Shown one piece after another: positions 26,101-31,662 of a stretch of 31,662 nt of DNA. Both the position numbers and the translations under genes were made by a program. The stretch covers positions 1-31,662 of the IMG/VR virus record IMGVR_UViG_3300037408_000147. One strand, written 5' to 3'. The stretch is from a virus. Lineage: Duplodnaviria; Caudoviricetes. The notes beneath the pieces were generated by a model, which made no database searches, had not been told where the DNA came from, and saw only the letters and a program-made list of their open reading frames with translations. Position 1 is the stretch's first letter, and each line of letters opens with the position of its first letter.

Positions 26101-26990
26101 GCGCCTACGTCTGGCGCGACGTGGCGGTGACGTACGATGGGGCGCGGCTTCGCGTCTACGTGGACGGCGAGCTGGCGACGAATGCGGCCGTGGAGTTTTC
26201 GCTGTCGGCCACGACGTCAACGCTTCGGATCGGACAGGGCCACAGCGGGACGCCTGCGGCTCTCGACGCGACGGTGCGCAACGTGAGGCTGTATCGTCGC
26301 GTGCTCGCGCAGGACGAAGTCCGGGCACAGCGGAACGGCACGAGCGACATGAACGACTCGGCGCTCGTGGCGTACTACCCTTGCAACGGCCGGCTTGCCA
26401 GCTCCGAGGAGCGGGACCGCTCCTCTACGGCCAACCACGCCTCGGTGTCCGGCAGCGGCTACTCGCGCATCTATCAGGGGACTCGGGAATGCCGGTACTC
26501 GCTTGCCGGGGTCCAGAACTGGCGCATCGGTGCTGTATCGTTTGGGCTTGCCGAGGCCGTGGCAATGGGCGGGGCGCTCGTGCGCGTTTCAACCGATGGC
26601 GGGGCGACGTGGCTCGCACGCACCTCAGGTACGACATGGGGCGCGGCGTTCTCTCAGGGCCAGGACCTGCGCACGCAGTATCTGGACGTGCAGGTGCTGC
26701 TGTACGACACCGACACGGGCAACGCATCCGGGACCGTGACACTGGACTTCTTCCAGGCTGCGGCGGTGACGACGCACCTGACCGGGGACATCACCGTGCA
26801 GCCCAGCGGCTTCTGGTCGATCTCCGAGGTCATCACTACGGCGATCGAGAACGTGGCCGGGGCGGTGCCGACCGTGATTTGTCGCGAGCCGCACGCAGTG
26901 CGGGTGCAGTATCGAGTCGGTGGCACGCTGACCGACGTGGTGGCGGACCTGCTCGTGCGTGGGCTGCCGTCGAGAGCGAGCAGCACGTAG
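23118..26990 (+). CDS. Central tail fibre / tip attachment protein (gpJ-like) with FN3-like and LamG domains (1290 aa)
   Basis: ATG 23118 lies 2 nt after the upstream stop. VVYG..R..G, YDPR, WSDNWALC.RD, RY.CNG, N.V.GTF..P..NYQ..SFP and ELDLPFV motifs; FN3-like repeats; LamG near the C-terminus. Confidence 0.9.
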   Translation: MPGAVAAAVAAWTALGTIGQAAVIGAAISGLSYSVSYLLRPKVRRPTTSTSLDHLRSIQRDSAAPARVVYGTYRASGVLAYAISTDATGKVVEGGTYLHMVLLMAVGPITDIRAIQLNDQSADTTQFADYVLFAVFTGESDQVSLAGEYRIGTTDVSTPDEWTTKHRLLGIGYLYGLFEYNQDVFRGGAPNIMAIVDGYALYDPREDIDRGGAQKVYDPSTWRWSDNWALCIRDFLVREMGVSYLDLDDDSFTQAAADSDELVDTSEYVVEDDSDSGRQQHKRYRCNGLYETDALKPDVLVGMLAAGAGQLVYVNGTYYLYAGVARTTAVDPATSGYYTLTEDDARGTIEVLAKPGRKDRVNTVVGTFINPAKNYQPDSFPPVTNSTYKAEDGGVELRTELDLPFVQDVDQARRIASIYLKQRRQGIRIRWPGTPRLTTLRPPAVVRVTHAAFGWTNKLFSTERLELQPDGGVDIDLAEYADDIYEIDWTGLPAVDPAPDTDLVDPWAVNPPAAVSAAVDTYAAGDGTVVPRVTLTITPPDEGYVDAYAVFYRREAPDIGEMQAVETTTTSLVLTGLPIGTYYCAVYSKLRNKYSLPRYTSWVIRAEILPPPDVARFSFSISPAGRRVFEWTITEPVPSDVLGIQIRYVVGNAPNATWDEATPLHNGDLVVSPWDTDKPISPGTYTFLASAIDTQGLYSSTPAVLVATIPPPVGIGDLIYRQEDGELGWPGQLANGTVTARGLEVIDDTTWDGLGSLTWDEWTGWLYTGIGPLQYFAREIDLGVDTDVTTESDVASASIDVTVQVAFRLADGTWSGWGPHRSGRARYVTFLLTGDATGQGAIVTRFEQRVYGLAQQQSWDNVDSTYRAFINAGPSETGVNLNVNGARLVNLDVDSTGMRLLARAALDLGGSGAYVEAPATSRVNELSDQWTIAIAFRCDVDNEGGYLISKGYDDGSDGGWALRYGVHADRVVDFVTDAYTGDDPATVSRTTITKGAYVWRDVAVTYDGARLRVYVDGELATNAAVEFSLSATTSTLRIGQGHSGTPAALDATVRNVRLYRRVLAQDEVRAQRNGTSDMNDSALVAYYPCNGRLASSEERDRSSTANHASVSGSGYSRIYQGTRECRYSLAGVQNWRIGAVSFGLAEAVAMGGALVRVSTDGGATWLARTSGTTWGAAFSQGQDLRTQYLDVQVLLYDTDTGNASGTVTLDFFQAAAVTTHLTGDITVQPSGFWSISEVITTAIENVAGAVPTVICREPHAVRVQYRVGGTLTDVVADLLVRGLPSRASST

Positions 26991-26999
26991 GAGAAACTC

Positions 27000-29900
27000 A
27001 TGGCGTGGCCTTCGAGTACCATCGGACTCACGAACCTGGACGCTGGCAGCGACCGACCGAGCCTCGCACGGGCGGACATCTACTCGGCCGTCGAGGCGTT
27101 GAACAACATCATCCAGGCTCGCGCGGAGGCGAGTGGCGTTGCACCACTCGACGCGAGCGGGTACGTGCCGTCAGCGAATTTGAGCGGCGCTTACATCCGG
27201 GACCTCCTGATCGGTTACGACGGGGCCGGGTCTGGTCTCGACGCCGACCTGCTCGACGGATTGCAGGCTTCAGCGTTTCTCCGGACCGACTTGTCTACGT
27301 ATGCGTCGTTCACTGACCCCGCGGCAGTGAGCAGTGGGCTCCAGGTGCTAGGCAACACCGGGGCCGCCTACCAGTCGAGTGCCGTGACGTTCCTGACTTT
27401 ACGGCACCAGTCCACGGGCACGGTGGCCGCCGGGTTCGGCGTGCGCGCTCGGGTGTACTTGGAAGACTCGATCGGATCGAACATCGAGGCGGCGAGGGTC
27501 GATACGACCTGGACGGACGCCACAAGCGGCTCGCAGGATTCGCGCGTCGCATGGTCCACGCAAATCGCTGGCACGCTTACCGACTGGCTACGCCTCGAGG
27601 GGCAGCGGCTCGATGTGCTCGAAGTGGCTTCGATGTCGGCGACGCCTTCGACGGGCCGTTGGTTTGCGTATTTCAAAAGTGACGGACTCTACATCAAGGA
27701 CGACGGCGGGACTGAGACGAACATCTCATCTGGGACCGGCGGCGCGACAGATCACGGGGCGCTGACCGGATTGGCCGACGACGATCACTCACAGTACCTG
27801 CTCGTTTCTGGCTCTCGCGCCATGACCGGGCCGCTGAAGCTCGGCACGACGTCGGGCAACAAGCACCTGATCCTGACCGACGGAACGGACGCTGCGACAC
27901 CGTCCAGCGGCGAGATCCACCTCTACACGAAGAGCCAGGAGCTGTATTACCGGCAGGCGGACGGCACCGTGGTCGGGCCGATCCTTGCGGGCGGTGCGAC
28001 TTCCCACGGTGCGCTCGCGGATCTGCTCGTCGACGACCATACGCAGTACCTGCTCAGGCAGCCCACGGCCGACGTGGTCATCAACGACAGCGGCGCCGAC
28101 TACGATTTCCGCATCGAGGGCGACACCGAGGCGAACCTGTTCGTGGTCGACGCCGGTTACAACACCGTCGCGTTCGGCACGGCCCCGTCATCAATCTACC
28201 GTGCTTACGTCTACACGGTCGGGGCCGCGATGGGTGGCCTGTTCATTCAGAACGGATCGTCGGCCGAGGCGTTCTACGTCACGTCACAGTCCAGCAACTG
28301 CTTCCGGGCCGTGGGCAGTTCGACGGGCAAGGCAGGCTGGTTCGAGCGCACGGGGTCAGCGACGGGGGCCACGGTGCCGGTGGTGCTGGTACACGACAAG
28401 CAGACGTCGGGCACAGGCGGACCTGCGCTCTACGTCGAACAGGACCTCGCCGGGCAGACGATTCTGGACCTGTACTACTCGACGACGAGCGTCGCGAAGG
28501 TGACGACGGCACTGGCGGAGTTCAACCCTACCAAATCAGCCGACATCGACTTCAAGGTGTGGGGCGACAGCGCGTCATTGCCGGCCGTTTTCGTCGATGC
28601 GAGTGCCGACCTGGTACAGGTCTACTCGTCCGCGACGACTGGCAAGCTGAACGTAACCGCTGGCAGTGCTGCGGCAGCAGTTTATGCGAGTGGGTCTGGC
28701 AGCTATGGTGTGCAGGCCGTTGCCACGACAGGCACGGCCGTCTATGCGACGGTCACGAGCGGCGTCGGGTTTGGTGGCGCCAGTACGACCGGGCTCATGC
28801 TGAATGTGGGCCGCACCGGTATTGGTTCGTCGATCACTCCGGTGGCGAATCTCTACTCGACTTCGGCTTCGGACGCCGGTCCGATACTGACGCTGAGCAC
28901 TGCCGGTACTGGGCCGTTGATGCAAGCCTACGCGGGCACCGACCTGATGCTGGCGATCTCGGCCGAGGGCTGTCTGACGTTCAACACCTTGCCGGGCGGC
29001 GCGTCGACTCCGGCTTCCGGATACGTCGCGCTCGCGTATGATTCGCTGGGAGCTAACGGGAGCGGGCTGTACCTGACGCGTGACGACGGATCTCAGGTCG
29101 GACCGCTCGGCACGACGCCTGGCAGCGCGACGGCCAACCAAACGCTCAGGTGGGACTCCGGAGCGGGGTACTGGGCCGCGACATCGGCGCTGCTGCTCAC
29201 GGCTACCACGGCGACAATCTCCACGGCCGGGGGCGGGAGTCCATCGCTCACGGTGGCCGATACGGGAGCGGCTTGGGCTCTGCTGACAAAGGGCGGCTCG
29301 GTCCAGCTCGACTTCGGCGGCAAGAACGGCGGGTCGGTCGGTGGACTGCTCAGCCTCGTCGTCAACGGCACGACGTCAAAGTGGAGCGAGTGGATTCAAG
29401 TCTCTGGCGAGACCACGGCCTACACGGAGTCGGTCAACTACGCGCTCGGCCTGTCGTGGGTGACGAACGCGACGTCGGCGCCAACGAATGCGGCCGGCGT
29501 TGTTAGGTTGTACCGGCGCGATGGTTGGCTCATGGCGCAGATGACCGATGCTACGGAGTATCAGTGGCTCGGCCTAAGCTCCGGCACATATACCGACAAC
29601 AGCGTGCTGAAGATCAACGCAAGCACAGGCAGGACGTGCACCCCTGAGAGCCGGTTTATCATCGACGATTCAGGCCGCGTTACGATCACGCCAGACGACA
29701 ATGCGGAAACTGGCCTGTCTGTCTGGAAGTCGTTCGAGGTCGCCACCAACTTGAAGTTCCCATCTACCAGCTCGCAGCAGGTGCGCGGGGCCTATTTTCT
29801 CGTCGAGGCCGATGGGGATTGCGTTGAGGGCACAGTGCAGGGGATCCGCGGCGCCTTTCAGGGGACGGTCCTATTGGCGGGGTCGGCCGGGACGTGGGGC

Positions 29901-30596
29901 AACATCTGGGCAGTCGGCGCGAACGTGAACGTCGCCAACGAAGGCGACATCGGAAACCTGTACGGTTTCTACTCGCAGATCGAAAGTTGGCCGATAAGCG
30001 GAACGGTCAACGCGGCGTTTGCGTTCTTTGCCGCGGAGTTCCGTGGCGACACGCCAGACGGCGGTAAGTGGGCGTTCTATCAGGCCGGGTCCACGGAAAA
30101 CTCTCGCCTTGGCGGGACCCTGCTACTCACACCGGAGGACTACGAGGTTTACAGTCTGACGCCCACTTCGCAGCTCCACCTGTACCGCAACACGAGCGGC
30201 GAGCACGCTTGGGCCCAGATCGAGAACGACAACGACGGCGACGGGTTCATCCATTTCTTGTTGACCGGGACCAAGAGTTGGAGCGTCGGCGTCGACAATT
30301 CGGACGGCGACAAGTTCAAGGTTTCCGAATCCAGTTCGCTCGGCACATCCGATCGGCTACTGATTGACGGCGCGGCCACGCGAGTCAATTCCCGGCTCGG
30401 CATCAACGTCGACCCCGACGCGAACGTGGCCTGCCAGATCAACGGAGTCCTTGCGATTCTGGACGGCGTGACGGCGCCCAGCTCAAGTGTCACGGGCTAC
30501 GCCCTGATCTACGTGGACACGGCCGACGGCGACCTGAAGATTCGGTTTGCCGACGGCACGGTAAAGACAATCGAAACGGACAACGTGGAAGAATGA
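27000..30596 (+). CDS. Long modular tail fibre / receptor-binding protein (1198 aa)
   Basis: AGGAG RBS. GVAPLDASG.VP and GSGLDADLLDG fibre motifs, two HG.L..L..DDH.QYL repeats, Gly/Ser/Thr/Ala-rich beta segments. Confidence 0.85.
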   Translation: MAWPSSTIGLTNLDAGSDRPSLARADIYSAVEALNNIIQARAEASGVAPLDASGYVPSANLSGAYIRDLLIGYDGAGSGLDADLLDGLQASAFLRTDLSTYASFTDPAAVSSGLQVLGNTGAAYQSSAVTFLTLRHQSTGTVAAGFGVRARVYLEDSIGSNIEAARVDTTWTDATSGSQDSRVAWSTQIAGTLTDWLRLEGQRLDVLEVASMSATPSTGRWFAYFKSDGLYIKDDGGTETNISSGTGGATDHGALTGLADDDHSQYLLVSGSRAMTGPLKLGTTSGNKHLILTDGTDAATPSSGEIHLYTKSQELYYRQADGTVVGPILAGGATSHGALADLLVDDHTQYLLRQPTADVVINDSGADYDFRIEGDTEANLFVVDAGYNTVAFGTAPSSIYRAYVYTVGAAMGGLFIQNGSSAEAFYVTSQSSNCFRAVGSSTGKAGWFERTGSATGATVPVVLVHDKQTSGTGGPALYVEQDLAGQTILDLYYSTTSVAKVTTALAEFNPTKSADIDFKVWGDSASLPAVFVDASADLVQVYSSATTGKLNVTAGSAAAAVYASGSGSYGVQAVATTGTAVYATVTSGVGFGGASTTGLMLNVGRTGIGSSITPVANLYSTSASDAGPILTLSTAGTGPLMQAYAGTDLMLAISAEGCLTFNTLPGGASTPASGYVALAYDSLGANGSGLYLTRDDGSQVGPLGTTPGSATANQTLRWDSGAGYWAATSALLLTATTATISTAGGGSPSLTVADTGAAWALLTKGGSVQLDFGGKNGGSVGGLLSLVVNGTTSKWSEWIQVSGETTAYTESVNYALGLSWVTNATSAPTNAAGVVRLYRRDGWLMAQMTDATEYQWLGLSSGTYTDNSVLKINASTGRTCTPESRFIIDDSGRVTITPDDNAETGLSVWKSFEVATNLKFPSTSSQQVRGAYFLVEADGDCVEGTVQGIRGAFQGTVLLAGSAGTWGNIWAVGANVNVANEGDIGNLYGFYSQIESWPISGTVNAAFAFFAAEFRGDTPDGGKWAFYQAGSTENSRLGGTLLLTPEDYEVYSLTPTSQLHLYRNTSGEHAWAQIENDNDGDGFIHFLLTGTKSWSVGVDNSDGDKFKVSESSSLGTSDRLLIDGAATRVNSRLGINVDPDANVACQINGVLAILDGVTAPSSSVTGYALIYVDTADGDLKIRFADGTVKTIETDNVEE

Positions 30597-31204
30597 GCGC
30601 CCTCTCGTTCCAGCACGGCCGGAGTCTGCTGCTTGTCGGCAATCCGGCCGACTACACCTCGCAGGCCCTTTTCGTCCCGGTCGCCGAGGGACATAAGGCC
30701 CGGCTGAAGCGCATCGAACACGTGGTGCGCGGCGACGGCGAGGCCACGTTCCGGGTGCAGCGGCGCACGCGAGAAGAGGCAGGGTGGTTCGACCTGACCG
30801 GGTACGACAACGTCTTGGCCACGACCACGCGCACGCTCACAGAAGGCGGCACGGTCGGGCTCCACGACGGCGACGAGCTGCGGATTTACGTGGACGCGGG
30901 CTCGACGATCACGGACGGAAGCGAGGAACGGGCCGGACTGACGGTGGCGTTCTACATCGAGGTTGAGCTGTCGTGGTCCACGAGTGTGTTCGATTACCTG
31001 AAGACGGCGCTGGGGCTCTGCGTGACCCTGTGCTGCATCTCCTGCGCGAGTGAGGAAGACGGTTTGTTCCGGCTGCGCGACGCCGTCAGCGCGGAAGCTG
31101 AGTACCTCCACGCACGCATCGCGGTGCTGGAGGAGAACCAGCAGCGGATGCTTGAAGCGGGCCGCGACGCTGGGGTCTGGACCTTCGAGGTAGAGGGTGA
31201 GTGA
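30593..31204 (+). CDS. Hypothetical protein: N-terminal beta domain plus internal hydrophobic Cys-rich segment and coiled coil
   Basis: ATGA overlap with the fibre gene. L.DGD.LRI.V...GLTV beta pattern, then LKTALGLCVTLCCISC. Confidence 0.65.
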   Translation: MSALSFQHGRSLLLVGNPADYTSQALFVPVAEGHKARLKRIEHVVRGDGEATFRVQRRTREEAGWFDLTGYDNVLATTTRTLTEGGTVGLHDGDELRIYVDAGSTITDGSEERAGLTVAFYIEVELSWSTSVFDYLKTALGLCVTLCCISCASEEDGLFRLRDAVSAEAEYLHARIAVLEENQQRMLEAGRDAGVWTFEVEGE

Positions 31205-31662
31205 CGCGCCGTTCCGACATGCTGCGGCAGCCGTGGCGATTGCGTTGCTCCTGGGTGGGATCGTGGCGCTTGCTGTTCATCGAGCTCTCGGCCAGCCGCA
31301 GGGCGAGCCGGAGGAAATCGTGAGCTTGCGCACGCGCGACTCTGCCACGTACTGGCTGGCCGAAGGCCAACGCCGGACCGTGTTCGGTTCCGGCCTGCAC
31401 TTCCGGGACGAGGCCGGGCAGTGGCAGAAGCCGCGGCTCGCGTGGACGAAGAAGGCAAACGGAGAGGATGCGGCCGACGAGCTTCCGTTCCGGGCTCGAT
31501 TGCTCAGCGCCGGACAGGGGCCGTGTCCGGTCCGCGCCGGAGTAGCGGGATGCGTGGCCGTGGCAGACCGCGCGCAGACGGCCGGGATCGTCTACTTGCT
31601 TGGCGAACGGCCAACGGTATCCGGCGCGCGAGCATCGTATCGGGACGGCGACGTGCCTTGCC
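31197..31662 (+). CDS. Signal-peptide protein resembling the N-terminus of Rhs/WapA/DNRLRE-type secreted proteins, 3'-truncated
   Basis: Not in the ORF track because it has no stop in the window. GTG 31197 after GAGG reads MSDAPFRHAAAAVAIALLLGGIVALAVHRALG|QPQGEPEEIVSLRTRDSATY...GLHFRDEAGQWQ and stays open to the edge. Confidence 0.7.
   Translation, partial: MSDAPFRHAAAAVAIALLLGGIVALAVHRALGQPQGEPEEIVSLRTRDSATYWLAEGQRRTVFGSGLHFRDEAGQWQKPRLAWTKKANGEDAADELPFRARLLSAGQGPCPVRAGVAGCVAVADRAQTAGIVYLLGERPTVSGARASYRDGDVPC

Larger units (their letters stand above)
1..31662 (+). mobile_element. Tailed phage / prophage segment (siphovirus-type), both ends outside the window
   Basis: Continuous co-oriented replication, packaging, head, neck and tail gene order, with many ATGA/GTGA/TGATG/TAATG stop-start overlaps. 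No host housekeeping genes, att sites or integrase seen. Confidence 0.97.

Noticed and set aside
23118-30596. Diversity-generating retroelement or invertible tail-fibre cassette
   Set aside because: No reverse transcriptase or invertase, and no near-identical TR/VR pair or inverted crossover sites noticed within the window.

Overview
The whole window is one co-oriented (+ strand), GC-rich segment of a tailed dsDNA phage or prophage with a long non-contractile (siphovirus-type) tail. The order is: replication module (SF2 helicase cut by the left edge, VRR-NUC nuclease, prim-pol/VapE primase-helicase); a symmetric iteron-like array (probable origin); a sigma-70 region-4-like HTH gene and four small accessory genes; terminase small and large subunits; portal; a small basic protein; MuF-type minor head protein; Mor-like regulator; scaffold; P22-coat-like major capsid protein; neck proteins; tail tube; tail chaperones with a -1 frameshift; tape measure; Dit, hub, NlpC-like and central-fibre tail-tip proteins; a long modular fibre; and two further genes, the last cut by the right edge. 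No integrase, clear lysis cassette, RNA gene or CRISPR array is visible. The main leads are: (i) three genes with export signals and cell-surface-type domains coupled into the phage operon (dockerin-like; Thr/Pro-rich plus 8-Cys; Rhs/WapA-N-terminus-like), plus a possible nested lipoprotein; (ii) a LamG-containing module inserted into two different tail-tip proteins, apparently in circularly permuted order; (iii) a structured capsid-gene leader with twin GUGAU-loop hairpins; (iv) a mirror-symmetric origin-like array around an alternating purine-pyrimidine tract. All family calls come from motif recognition by eye, with no database searches.
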